Virus record (IMG/VR): IMGVR_UViG_2663763270_000002
Strand: one strand, 5' to 3'
DNA length: 64,000 bases
Source of the DNA: an uncultured virus (IMG/VR IMGVR_UViG_2663763270_000002)
Taxonomy: Duplodnaviria > Heunggongvirae > Uroviricota > Caudoviricetes
Part shown: in pieces, positions 19,590-28,253 of the stretch
How the letters are laid out: each line of letters starts with the position of its first letter
Numbering within the stretch: the first letter of the stretch is position 1
Position numbers and translations under genes: made by a program
The notes under the pieces: generated by a model
The model's database searches: none
What the model was told of the DNA's origin: nothing
Seen by the model: only the letters and a program-made list of their open reading frames with translations

Positions 19590-20297
19590 TCACTGGCTAT
19601 CCATCCGCCGATATTCGGCCATGATGGATTTCATATTCCGAGACCCGGCGTTAGTCGCGGCGGTCTCGTATTCTTCTTTCCACTGGGCCACATAATCGGG
19701 TGGCTCATAAGTCGACCCGGGGTGTACCGGGACGGCTACGCAGTGGCAGTTTTTGTGGTACTTGTCGCTATCGCCGCCGATAAGGGATTCGCCGGTGGCG
19801 TTCTTTTTGCTGCCGTACACCGCGCCACGAGTGGCGAGGACCTGGCAGAAACGGCACGCATTCGCCGACGCGTGCCTAGCCCAGGCCGTACCACGCTCGC
19901 TGTTCGTGATCGTCTGGCGAGCAACCCCCCACATGTCCCGCTGTGCCACGCCCACCAGGGCCGCAAGGACAGCGGGACGGGCTAGCGCCCACTCGGCCTG
20001 CCCCGACAGCGCCGCTGCCGAAGGCAGCTCAGCAGGTGGGACGTACAGGCCACTGGGTGGAGTTCCCGGGGGAGCGGTAGCGGCGTAGAACGCGCTCGAC
20101 AGCTCCCCGGCCGCTGCACCGTAAGGTGTCCAGACCTCCGGGTATGCGTCCCGGACGTACCGAGCACCGCCCGCCGAGTCCAGCTCGGCGGCGGCACCTA
20201 GCATCTGGTCGAGGTCCTGAATCATCGTCGCTGAAAGGTCACTCAGACCAGCGCGATATCCTTCAATCAGGCTCGGATCAATTACTGTCGGTGGCAT
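19590..20297 (-). CDS. Capsid maturation protease/MuF-like minor capsid protein
   Basis: WARHASANACRFC...HKNCHC motif. Confidence 0.8.
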   Translation of the reverse strand: MPPTVIDPSLIEGYRAGLSDLSATMIQDLDQMLGAAAELDSAGGARYVRDAYPEVWTPYGAAAGELSSAFYAATAPPGTPPSGLYVPPAELPSAAALSGQAEWALARPAVLAALVGVAQRDMWGVARQTITNSERGTAWARHASANACRFCQVLATRGAVYGSKKNATGESLIGGDSDKYHKNCHCVAVPVHPGSTYEPPDYVAQWKEEYETAATNAGSRNMKSIMAEYRRMDSQ

Positions 20298-21738
20298 CGT
20301 CCACCCTCTGAGCGCTCAAATTCGCCACATTCGGACTCTGCCGCGCCTGATTAGCTGCATTCGGAAGCCGTTGCAATAGCTCGGCTACTCTCGCCTGCCG
20401 CTTGTCATTCTTGATGCGTTCCTGGTCCTGAATCGACAAGCCGATACGGTCGTACGTCACGCCGGAATCCGGCGTCAAAATCCCCGCACTCGTCAACTTC
20501 AGTGCCTCGTCAGCCGCAGCCGCACGCGTAGGTGTACTGGCATCTTTCCATCTAGGCTCAATGGCCCGAAATGCGTCGGGGTCCACCTCACCATCTCGCA
20601 CCAAAAGGGCGAGATATCCGACTTCACGCCAGGACTGTCCGAAGGCGATTTGTCGACGCTCCGCGCGCTTCACCAATCGGTATTCGAGCTGCCGGATGGA
20701 GTCCGCCGAAGCCGGATTGTCGGTCACGAATCCCAGGTAGGTCGGCGGAATACCAGACTCGCTAGAAATCATCTGCGAATAGAAGCGAACCATGTCGATT
20801 CCGGGTGTGGGCGGAGAGGCCGGGAATTGACCCATCTCCGGGATTTCCCCGTCGTCGGTTGCCGGGATGATATTCAAGCGGCCCATAGCCGCCCGCCATC
20901 CCGCTAGAACTCGCTCGTCGTCCGAAGAGTCCTCGGACACCCCGAATTGCTCGGGCTCAGCGCCCAGTGCATACCGCTGGGGAGCCTGGTAGAACTCTCG
21001 GTTGATTTCCATTCCGAGCATCGTTCGACAGGCAGCGTCGGTGTAATACAACACCGGCCGCGTCAGCTCGGACCGGCCTTCCATGTCGATTGCCCGGTCC
21101 CGGTTCCGCAGTCGCGAAACAAGTACCCGGTTCAGTTTGTGGTGCTGGCGGTCCACGACGACCAACTTGTTATGCTGCCGCTCGAAAATAATCGTCTCGT
21201 TTGGCAGATACAGGCTTTCCATAAGCACGGTGCCTGTTTCATCAACGGTTTGTGAGAGAGCCGCGCTTACCCGGCGCGTACGGTAGTCCCAAACCGCTGT
21301 GCAAGTGGAAGCCGATTCTACGGTCACGAGAATTTCCGGCTCCCCGTTGGACGGGTCACCTTTTCCGACCGTGACGAATCCGGTACCGGTAATCAGGGCC
21401 TCAAGATGGACTCGCGACGACTCCATGCCGAGCAAATTATCCCGGTAGATTTCATCAAGCCCCAGGACATCATCATTCGGAGATGTCCAGCCCAGCCAAT
21501 CTAGCCGCTCTTCCAGCACATCTACGACCGTGCCGGGCCAACCCACCGAGACTGCGATTTCTTGCAGGCTCGGAGGCACGGCAATGTTCAATTGCCTTAC
21601 TTTTTGCTTGCCCTCGTAATATTCATGCTTCAGCGCGTTCTTTTTCGCGTACTTCTGAATACGTCCGCGAAGCTGCCCGACTAGCTTTGACTCGTCGTCG
21701 CTGAGCGTCAGGGAGGGAAGCGTGATGTCTACTGACAA
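20278..21738 (-). CDS. Portal protein
   Basis: YYEGKQ, GWPGTVVD, GRSEL, PQRY, NPASADSI motifs. Confidence 0.92.
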   Translation of the reverse strand: MSVDITLPSLTLSDDESKLVGQLRGRIQKYAKKNALKHEYYEGKQKVRQLNIAVPPSLQEIAVSVGWPGTVVDVLEERLDWLGWTSPNDDVLGLDEIYRDNLLGMESSRVHLEALITGTGFVTVGKGDPSNGEPEILVTVESASTCTAVWDYRTRRVSAALSQTVDETGTVLMESLYLPNETIIFERQHNKLVVVDRQHHKLNRVLVSRLRNRDRAIDMEGRSELTRPVLYYTDAACRTMLGMEINREFYQAPQRYALGAEPEQFGVSEDSSDDERVLAGWRAAMGRLNIIPATDDGEIPEMGQFPASPPTPGIDMVRFYSQMISSESGIPPTYLGFVTDNPASADSIRQLEYRLVKRAERRQIAFGQSWREVGYLALLVRDGEVDPDAFRAIEPRWKDASTPTRAAAADEALKLTSAGILTPDSGVTYDRIGLSIQDQERIKNDKRQARVAELLQRLPNAANQARQSPNVANLSAQRVDDATDSN

Positions 21739-21758
21739 CGCTGGTATACCCCTCTAAT

Positions 21759-23246
21759 TCAAAGAATGACGGCCTTTCGTACCCGCTTCTTACGAGCGAC
21801 AGGCCGACCGGACGCAAAGCCGTAGAGCGCCAAAGTAGCGGCCACCACGGGCGTAATATCTGTGTCCGTATCCCTCCGGCCCCAGGCCCATGTATCGCCT
21901 AGAGGCCGCTTTCGGACGGCCTCGATGGCCGTATTGAAAAGTGGTTGGTTCGGATGACGCAATGATCTATTCATTACGGAGTCGTAGAAGAGTCCACACG
22001 CGGACGCGAATTCTTCCTTGCCCAGCTTCAAAACGGGGACCTCTAAAGTCCCCAGCTCAGGGACCAACGAGGAAGCCGGGCCGTCCACTACGACGGCCAT
22101 AGGACCCCACTGCGCCACCAGGGCAGCAAGGTAGGGGACCACCCAATCGGTCCCCCGCCTGTTCTCGATGACCTCCACGTGATAGAGGCCATCCGTTCGA
22201 GCACCGCACACGGCAATGGAGGCCATCCCGCGATCCGGGGAGATGTCGACCGCGAAAGCAACCGGGTCCAGCGGTTGCGAACCACCATCCGACACCGCGC
22301 GCCACGACTCGGCGTCGATCACGGCGTCCGTGGCCGCAGCCGACCACATGCCGCCGCGCTCGCGGGCAAAGCCCTCGTCCGAGTAGCCCGTACGGTCTTC
22401 TTCGAGTGTCTTGATGCTCAGGCGGTAGCCGAGAGCCGGATTGGCCAATGCCCAGTTCGACGGGTCGTTGATGTCGGCCCCGTCCGGGATGCACCATTCC
22501 AGGTAGGAGACGTTCACGGCGTCGCCACTCAGGCAATCCGACCGAAAATTGGTGAAGACCTCGGAATTCATCACTTCGGACGGCGGAGTACCGCACAGGA
22601 TCAATTGCCGATTCTGGAGCGGTGCCGCGCTCGTCGCGGGGCTCAGAGCATCCCACGACTCCGAAGAGAGTTCCTGAGCCTCATCGAACATGATTACGTC
22701 GACAGTGAACCCACGGCCAGAGCCCTTGTGCCGCGCGAGCACCTGGAGGCTGCCGCCGTTCTTCAGCCAGATAGCCTCATGTCCAGGTGCTTCCTTGATG
22801 CCGTTGCGCTTCAGCAGCTTGTTTAGGTCCCGGTATCGCGGGTCCTCGAAAAAGCCTTTGAGACGGCGGAAGAATGTCCGTGCCGTCGTCGTGTTGTGCG
22901 CGGTGAAGAGAATCTGTTCGCCGAGAAGCACCATGCCGATCAGCGCCCGTGCCTCTAGAAGGGCCGATTTGCCGTTCTGTCGAGGGACGGAGAGGCCACA
23001 ACGCGAATGGCTGAACTTGTCGTCACTCTCATATGAAAGCCACGAACGTAGAACCAGTTCTTGCCAGGGATCGAGAACGAGACCATGAGCGCCAACCCAC
23101 GCGATCCCTTTATCCGCTGGCTTGGTGTTCCAGGTGTCTTCGATGCGGATAACCGGCGTCTGACAGCCGTAGACCTTACGACTTCTTGGCGCGCTTCGGC
23201 TTCCCGCTCTGGATTGCGTCGGCGAACTCGCTTGCAGCGTCGGCAA
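21759..23246 (-). CDS. terL: Terminase large subunit
   Basis: VPRQNGKS Walker A, MFDEAQ Walker B, ANPALG. Confidence 0.95.
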   Translation of the reverse strand: MPTLQASSPTQSRAGSRSAPRSRKVYGCQTPVIRIEDTWNTKPADKGIAWVGAHGLVLDPWQELVLRSWLSYESDDKFSHSRCGLSVPRQNGKSALLEARALIGMVLLGEQILFTAHNTTTARTFFRRLKGFFEDPRYRDLNKLLKRNGIKEAPGHEAIWLKNGGSLQVLARHKGSGRGFTVDVIMFDEAQELSSESWDALSPATSAAPLQNRQLILCGTPPSEVMNSEVFTNFRSDCLSGDAVNVSYLEWCIPDGADINDPSNWALANPALGYRLSIKTLEEDRTGYSDEGFARERGGMWSAAATDAVIDAESWRAVSDGGSQPLDPVAFAVDISPDRGMASIAVCGARTDGLYHVEVIENRRGTDWVVPYLAALVAQWGPMAVVVDGPASSLVPELGTLEVPVLKLGKEEFASACGLFYDSVMNRSLRHPNQPLFNTAIEAVRKRPLGDTWAWGRRDTDTDITPVVAATLALYGFASGRPVARKKRVRKAVIL

Positions 23247-23430
23247 CCTCGTCCACCTCTTCCTTTGGGTTCAGTTCGTCAATCTCGCGGGTGAGGTCCG
23301 CGATTTGCTTTGCGTATTGCGGCACCACTCCGGGTGATGCCTGATCCATTGCTGAAATAAGGCGCGTTCGTAGCGCCTTGAGAATTTCGATTCGGCCGCC
23401 CTCTTCGACGGCGGTAGTAAGGTCTGTCAT
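23176..23430 (-). CDS. terS: Terminase small subunit
   Basis: Small helical protein overlapping the terL start. Confidence 0.65.
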   Translation of the reverse strand: MTDLTTAVEEGGRIEILKALRTRLISAMDQASPGVVPQYAKQIADLTREIDELNPKEEVDEVADAASEFADAIQSGKPKRAKKS

Positions 23431-23634
23431 CGGCCGAGGTACGTCCTTGCCGACATCATTCGTTGGAATCTCACACGGTCCAGTGCGTCGTTCCATCGAA
23501 CTTCCCATTGGCTACCGGTTCGAGCCGGGCCAATGTAGATGACATTTGCCCTCATCCGGCGAGCTTCACGGAGCTTGGTCCAGCGCCTAACGGCGCGTGC
23601 ATTCGCGCTCACGGCGCTTTCTCCAATCTGATAA

Positions 23635-23664
23635 GTTGACACAAAACGAGTGTCGATATATGGT
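23635..23664 (+). promoter_or_regulatory. Operator overlapping sigmaA promoter
   Basis: GTTGACACAAAAC; TTGACA-17bp-TATGGT. Confidence 0.8.
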
Positions 23665-23693
23665 TAGGTCACCAACAACGAGAGAGGCACAGA

Positions 23694-23840
23694 ATGTACA
23701 AGGTAGTCACGATGCCGGACGGCACGTTTCGCGTAATGGAGACGTTCGGATCGTTCCGAATGCTCAAGAAAGTGTTCAAAACGGAGTCGGCGGCTCAGAA
23801 GCGCGCGGACGCTATGTCCGCAGCGGCCCGGAGCGAGTGA
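23694..23840 (+). CDS. Small hypothetical protein (48 aa), counter-oriented moron
   Basis: RBS GAGAGG; MYKVVTMPDGTFRV...; followed by hairpin 23847-23868. Confidence 0.7.
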   Translation: MYKVVTMPDGTFRVMETFGSFRMLKKVFKTESAAQKRADAMSAAARSE

Positions 23841-23925
23841 TCCGAGTAGCCCCGCCGAAGCGGGGCTATCATCATCGTTAGGTCGCGTAGAAATTTCAGC
23901 GGCTCAGACACCAGGAGGGGACAAT

Positions 23926-24249
23926 ATGAAGTCTCGTGAACAGCTCATCGAAAAGGCCCAGGAAATGATCAAGGAGTGCCAGAGGAACGAAAGCAACTAC
24001 CAGGAATGGATGCAGCGCGCCGCTCGCGAGGGCGAGGCCGCCGAGAATCGGGGCGACTCATACGAAGCCCTGAAGGCCGCTTGCATGGAAGAGCATTGCG
24101 GGAAAGAGATTGCCCGTATTCAGACCGAGATGAATTTCCACATTGATGTGTGTACACATCTGGTAAACGGGGGCGATATAGACGAGATCGAAAAGATGTA
24201 CCCTGATCCGCCTGACATGACCGAAGTTCTCCGAGATTTCGAATGGTGA
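23926..24249 (+). CDS. Hypothetical helical protein
   Basis: RBS AGGAGG; terminator at 24263-24287. Confidence 0.75.
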   Translation: MKSREQLIEKAQEMIKECQRNESNYQEWMQRAAREGEAAENRGDSYEALKAACMEEHCGKEIARIQTEMNFHIDVCTHLVNGGDIDEIEKMYPDPPDMTEVLRDFEW

Positions 24250-24262
24250 TGAGCTAGACCGT

Positions 24263-24287
24263 AAGGCCCCGCTTCGGCGGGGCTTTC
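24263..24287. terminator. Bidirectional terminator
   Basis: GCCCCGC-TTCG-GCGGGGC-TTT between convergent genes. Confidence 0.7.
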
Positions 24288-24319
24288 GTCATTCCTGGGC
24301 AGCGCCAGCGCACCGGTGT

Positions 24320-24571
24320 TCAGGCGGCTGTGACATCTCGGTTTCCGCTGTCCCGTGCAATAGCCGCATTGGCCCAAAACATTGCCTCTTCGAGCTTGGT
24401 AATAGCCGTGGATTGCTCCCGGCCATAGGGAAGAACCACCGCGAAGAGCACCGCCAACCTGCCGAGGTATTCCCGCACTACCCCGTGCAAGTCGGCCGCT
24501 TCCTTGTCCTTCGGCGGGTGATACATGAAGCGGTTGCTGACGTCCTCGAGGTGGTTGTGTGGACGAGTCAT
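24320..24571 (-). CDS. Acb2/Tad1-like helical-hairpin protein (putative cyclic-nucleotide sponge)
   Basis: FMYHPP...GREQSTAITKLEEAMFWANAAIA motif. Confidence 0.7.
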   Translation of the reverse strand: MTRPHNHLEDVSNRFMYHPPKDKEAADLHGVVREYLGRLAVLFAVVLPYGREQSTAITKLEEAMFWANAAIARDSGNRDVTAA

Positions 24572-24724
24572 TTAATGGCCTCTCATTGGCTCTCTAAGCG
24601 TCTATTTCCCCCGTGGGGTACTCCAGGTACCCCCCATCCCCCTACGTGTGCGTGAGAGACCCGTATGACTGAGGGACTGACAATCCAGGCAGGGGGAGGG
24701 GTGTACCCCCTGGGGTAGCGGTCG

Positions 24725-25054
24725 CTACCGGCGACCGGTGTCTGTGTCCAGGTCCCCGGTGGACAACCATGCCCGGGACGTAGGTAGTTGTTCGATCCTG
24801 TCGGGCCGGTTGCCACGCCGGGAGTTGCAGCGCCTGTGCGCTGCCTTCATCTCGCCCAGGAGATGCCCGCCCTTGGAGCGGGGGATGATGTGGTCCGCAG
24901 TCCACGACATCGGGTCTGTGTAGGGCAGGGTCACGTCGATGGGGTTGCCGCAGATGTGGCACACCTGGGACCGTGCCCGGAGGCGTGCCGTTGCCTTGCG
25001 GTAGGCACGGCTGTCCAGTCCTGCCCGGGGCTTCTGGGTACGGCGTTTACGCAT
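24725..25054 (-). CDS. HNH endonuclease
   Basis: CHICG...DHIIPRSKGG...AHRRCNSRRG. Confidence 0.92.
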   Translation of the reverse strand: MRKRRTQKPRAGLDSRAYRKATARLRARSQVCHICGNPIDVTLPYTDPMSWTADHIIPRSKGGHLLGEMKAAHRRCNSRRGNRPDRIEQLPTSRAWLSTGDLDTDTGRR

Positions 25055-25460
25055 AGCCGCCGTACTCCGGTCCCTTGCACCGCCCTTGCGCGTATGCCCG
25101 ATACGCAGAGGCGGTGTCTACGTAGAGCGCCGAGGTAGCCGTGTCTACGTCTACGTCAAAGCTGATGTCCGGTAGAGACCAGGCCAATAGTTGGTCTATT
25201 CGGGTTAGGTAGTCGTGTTGTACTTCCAGCCCGTAGACCGTGCGTCGTACATATCCCAACGTCCGGCGACCGTTCGGGTAGTCGATAGTACGTCCCACCC
25301 AGAATGACTGCCCCTGATCTGTGAGGGCTTCCTCTACGGTGGTGCCATCCGTATCACTGTCATAGATGCACGTCCAATCGGAATCCCACAACCGGACACG
25401 AATTCCAGACCTACTAGGCACACTGAGTGGAAAACGCACTATAGAATAACTAGGGCTCAT
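25047..25460 (-). CDS. Hypothetical protein
   Basis: RBS GAGGTAG; overlaps the HNH start. Confidence 0.6.
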   Translation of the reverse strand: MSPSYSIVRFPLSVPSRSGIRVRLWDSDWTCIYDSDTDGTTVEEALTDQGQSFWVGRTIDYPNGRRTLGYVRRTVYGLEVQHDYLTRIDQLLAWSLPDISFDVDVDTATSALYVDTASAYRAYAQGRCKGPEYGGYA

Positions 25461-25585
25461 TATGGACGCTACCTCGATGGCTTCAAGGCACCGAAGGTGC
25501 CGCGATAGAAGAATGTGAGCCCCCGGCTATGTGGTGGGGGTACCCGTGATACCGGGGGTATCCCGAATAGACCCGGGGGTAAGTG

Positions 25586-25658
25586 CTGACCCGGTAGGAC
25601 TCGAACCTACGCACTGCGCCTTAACAGGGCGCTGCTCTGCCAACTGAGCTACGGGTCA
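25586..25658 (-). tRNA. tRNA-Asn(GTT)
   Basis: Full cloverleaf; GCGCC-CT GTT AA-GGCGC. Confidence 0.92.
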
Positions 25659-25682
25659 CTAGGTATTGCGTAGACTATTGGC

Positions 25683-25850
25683 CTACGCTATGCGTATTCC
25701 TGAAACGCTCTCGATTTCCTCACGAGAGACGCCTAGTGCGTAGAGCGTCTGGTGTGCCTCTTCGAGGCAGGTGCATCGGCTACAGCAGAACTCTCCGCAC
25801 ACTTGGAGGAACGCGCATATCACTTCCGAGATAGCTTCTCGCTTCGTCAT
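25683..25850 (-). CDS. Small Cys-rich protein
   Basis: MTKREAISEVICAF...; ATGA overlap with upstream ORF. Confidence 0.5.
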   Translation of the reverse strand: MTKREAISEVICAFLQVCGEFCCSRCTCLEEAHQTLYALGVSREEIESVSGIRIA

Positions 25851-26083
25851 CTCTGCCTGTTCTGCCACCCGGCACACTCGCCGGGTGGGCATTCGTTGTT
25901 GCAGCAGCAAGGCAGGCCGTCACTGGCACACAGAGCGACGTTCCGGCCGTCTTCGTACTCGGACCTCCAGGCGCGTACTTGCCGCTTCTCTGCGGCTCTG
26001 GAGCGCTTATCGTTCCATCCGGTTGCCGAGTGACAGCAACCGCACGAGTAGTTGTAATTGTGTTTGTACCTAAGACCAGGCAT
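25847..26083 (-). CDS. Small Cys-rich protein
   Basis: SCGCCH and CCCNNEC clusters; RBS GAAGGG. Confidence 0.55.
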   Translation of the reverse strand: MPGLRYKHNYNYSCGCCHSATGWNDKRSRAAEKRQVRAWRSEYEDGRNVALCASDGLPCCCNNECPPGECAGWQNRQR

Positions 26084-26095
26084 TACTACCCTTCT

Positions 26096-26176
26096 CGTCC
26101 GGCCGGTAGGAATCGAACCGGTGAATGTTCTGATTGAAAGTCAGACCGCCCATACCATCAGAGCAAATACGCCGTG
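26096..26176 (-). pseudogene. Degenerate tRNA-Glu(TTC)
   Basis: Intact anticodon arm TCTGA-CT TTC AA-TCAGA and TTCGATT loop; T and acceptor stems mispaired. Confidence 0.6.
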
Positions 26177-26263
26177 TGGTGCGCTAGGGGAGACTCGAAC
26201 TCCCACGCCCTCACGGACACCGGAACCTAAATCCGGGGCGTCTACCAGTTCCGCCACTAGCGC
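26177..26263 (-). tRNA. tRNA-Leu(TAG)
   Basis: Cloverleaf with long variable arm; encoded CCA. Confidence 0.95.
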
Positions 26264-26286
26264 CTATTGATCACTGGCCCACGTTG

Positions 26287-26358
26287 CAGGACCGGGAGGT
26301 TTCGAACCTCCTACTGTGGTTTTGGAGACCACCGTTTTACCGATTAAACTACGTTCCC
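26287..26358 (-). tRNA. tRNA-Trp(CCA)
   Basis: GTGGT-CT CCA AA-ACCAC; one acceptor mismatch. Confidence 0.88.
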
Positions 26359-26399
26359 TTATGCTGAGATATTCAGACCCTCTCAGCTGGGGTGTGTCG

Positions 26400-26473
26400 T
26401 CTGGGCGGAGGGATTCGAACCCCCGACATCTGGCACCCAAGGCCAGCGCTCTACCTAGCTGAACTACGCCCAA
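26400..26473 (-). tRNA. tRNA-Pro(TGG)
   Basis: CTGGC-CT TGG GT-GCCAG cloverleaf. Confidence 0.92.
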
Positions 26474-26652
26474 GTACGCCACCGCTTCTACGGTGGCATA
26501 TCTGTATGTCCTCCGGGGTGTATCTGCACGAGGCAGATACACAGCGCGTACGTCGCTACACCGGAGGCCCTGTTTTGGCGGCGGTACCGGTCCCCTTGTC
26601 CGTCTCTTGGGTTTGCGCCGGTACTCTTACCTAGACGGTCCTCAAGGCCGCT

Positions 26653-26729
26653 TGGAGGAAGCGACGGGATTCGAACCCGCTCCGTCTGATTGGAAGTCAG
26701 ATATGCTGACCGTTGAACACTACGCTTCC
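26653..26729 (-). tRNA. tRNA-Gly(TCC)
   Basis: TCTGA-CT TCC AA-TCAGA; encoded CCA. Confidence 0.92.
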
Positions 26730-26799
26730 AGATGCTCTAGCCGCACGATTTCGTGGTGGCGTGACCCGCTGCCGATCGCTAGAGCTATGTCGGCTTCCG

Positions 26800-26870
26800 C
26801 TCCCCCGGAAGGATTCGAACCTTCGTTGGCCGATCCAAAGTCGGCAGTCCTGCCGTTAGACGACGGGGGA
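26800..26870 (-). tRNA. tRNA-Gln(TTG)
   Basis: GCCGA-CT TTG GA-TCGGC cloverleaf. Confidence 0.92.
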
Positions 26871-26972
26871 AATGGTCGATACCCAACAGCCCCGGAGGGG
26901 AGCGTTTCCCGGGTCTGCCGGGTAGCGGACAGCAGACAACCGGGCCAGATGCTCAACCCTCCGGGGGAACTC

Positions 26973-27071
26973 TCAGAACAGCGACAGAATCAGCGGAGCG
27001 ACAAACGCGACGATCTTGATTGCCACGGTGGCAATCTCTAGGACGGTATCGACAGAGATATCGGCAGACAT
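26973..27071 (-). CDS. 32-aa hydrophobic peptide
   Basis: MSADISVDTVLEIATVAIKIVAFVAPLILSLF; RBS AGAAGG. Confidence 0.6.
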   Translation of the reverse strand: MSADISVDTVLEIATVAIKIVAFVAPLILSLF

Positions 27072-27100
27072 GGAAGACCTTCTTTTACCCGGGTGTATTT

Positions 27101-27425
27101 GGACCGGCCTTCCTGGGCCGGTCCTGGTGATGTTCGGAGGCGAAGCCCCTAGGCTGTAGCCTCCGTTCTCTGACTACGGCTACAGCTAAGAACTACCTAC
27201 CAACGACAGCGCTTCTAGGCGCTGTCTCTCTATAGACCTCTTCAGGGCCGGACCCTCGAAGGTCCGGCCTAGATAGGTATCTATCTAGGTCGGTCGGAAC
27301 TCCCTTCGGTCGTTCCTCCCTTACATATGTATATGGGTGTCACAACACCCGGACTTTTCAGCGTTTCCCCAGGTCGCCATCTAAGGGTGTGATGAACTTC
27401 ACACCAAGAATCTTGGCGACCTGGG
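27101..27425. repeat. Array of inverted repeats in the divergent non-coding region
   Basis: Hairpins at 27101-24, 27135-65, 27205-26, 27246-69, 27268-89, 27368-425. Confidence 0.8.
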
Positions 27426-27462
27426 ATTTTGGAGTCCTGGCCCGAACACTTCTGTCGCGTTT

Positions 27463-27492
27463 GTTGACACAAAACAGACTAGGGGTTACCGT
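27463..27492 (+). promoter_or_regulatory. Operator/early promoter
   Basis: GTTGACACAAAAC; TTGACA-17bp-TACCGT. Confidence 0.8.
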
Positions 27493-27540
27493 CATCGGCA
27501 ACCCCGGGCGAGCCGCCCGACAGACCTACGAGAGGACCAC

Positions 27541-27801
27541 ATGACCACCACGCTCGCGCCCCGTTCGTCCCTGCTGGACGGGGTTCCCACCTCCGACATC
27601 ATCCGGTCCGCCCGCGCCCTGGAGGCGCGCGAGGAAGCCCGCCCGCTGAGCGAAGTCGAGGAGCTGACACTGATCTGGTTGACCGCCGAGATTTCCCGGC
27701 GCGGAGGTCGCGTTGATCCCGATGCGCTGGCCTACGCCGTCGATGCCGGGCAAACCCAGGTTGAGGCGTTGCTCAATCTAGCGCCAAATTTTGCGGCCTG
27801 A
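27541..27801 (+). CDS. Hypothetical early protein
   Basis: RBS GAGAGG after promoter. Confidence 0.7.
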   Translation: MTTTLAPRSSLLDGVPTSDIIRSARALEAREEARPLSEVEELTLIWLTAEISRRGGRVDPDALAYAVDAGQTQVEALLNLAPNFAA

Positions 27802-27803
27802 AT

Positions 27804-27833
27804 GTTGACACAAAACAGACGTTGACATAAAGT
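27804..27833 (+). promoter_or_regulatory. Operator/early promoter
   Basis: GTTGACACAAAAC; TTGACA-17bp-TAAAGT. Confidence 0.82.
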
Positions 27834-27863
27834 CGATGCATCACCGACGAAAGGACCGATCAC

Positions 27864-28154
27864 ATGGACGCCAAGACCATTGCCGCCTCGATCCGCTCTC
27901 AGCTCAAGGCGGAGGGCATCAACGGGCGTTGCCGCGTCGCGCCCGGGGCCAAGGATTGCATCCAGGTCATTTCGCGGTCGTTTGACACGCCGTTTACCGA
28001 CGACGAGAAGACGGCTATTCAGCGGATCGCCAAGGATCACGGGCTCACGCACGCGTTCGGGTACCCGATTGTCGTCGGTGAGGTTTGCCCTGGTGATCAG
28101 GTCGACTACTTCATGCACGCGACCTACAAGCGCGGTCTGCGCCGGTCGGCCTGA
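27864..28154 (+). CDS. Hypothetical early protein
   Basis: RBS AAAGGA. Confidence 0.7.
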   Translation: MDAKTIAASIRSQLKAEGINGRCRVAPGAKDCIQVISRSFDTPFTDDEKTAIQRIAKDHGLTHAFGYPIVVGEVCPGDQVDYFMHATYKRGLRRSA

Positions 28155-28253
28155 GCCGCTTGTGTGGTCGGCGCGTGAACTGACCTCACCGAGCCACCCG
28201 TCCCGGGCCGGGGCACACTGCCCCGGCTCTCACCCCTACCGAAGGAGCGCCAC

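Noticed and set aside
26578..26651. Theta/HDV ribozyme call
   Set aside because: No P3 stem, L3 consensus, P4 or catalytic C junction seen; kept only as an unclassified pseudoknot
26890..26966. SRP RNA
   Set aside because: Lacks the CAGG...GGAA...AGCA domain IV signature
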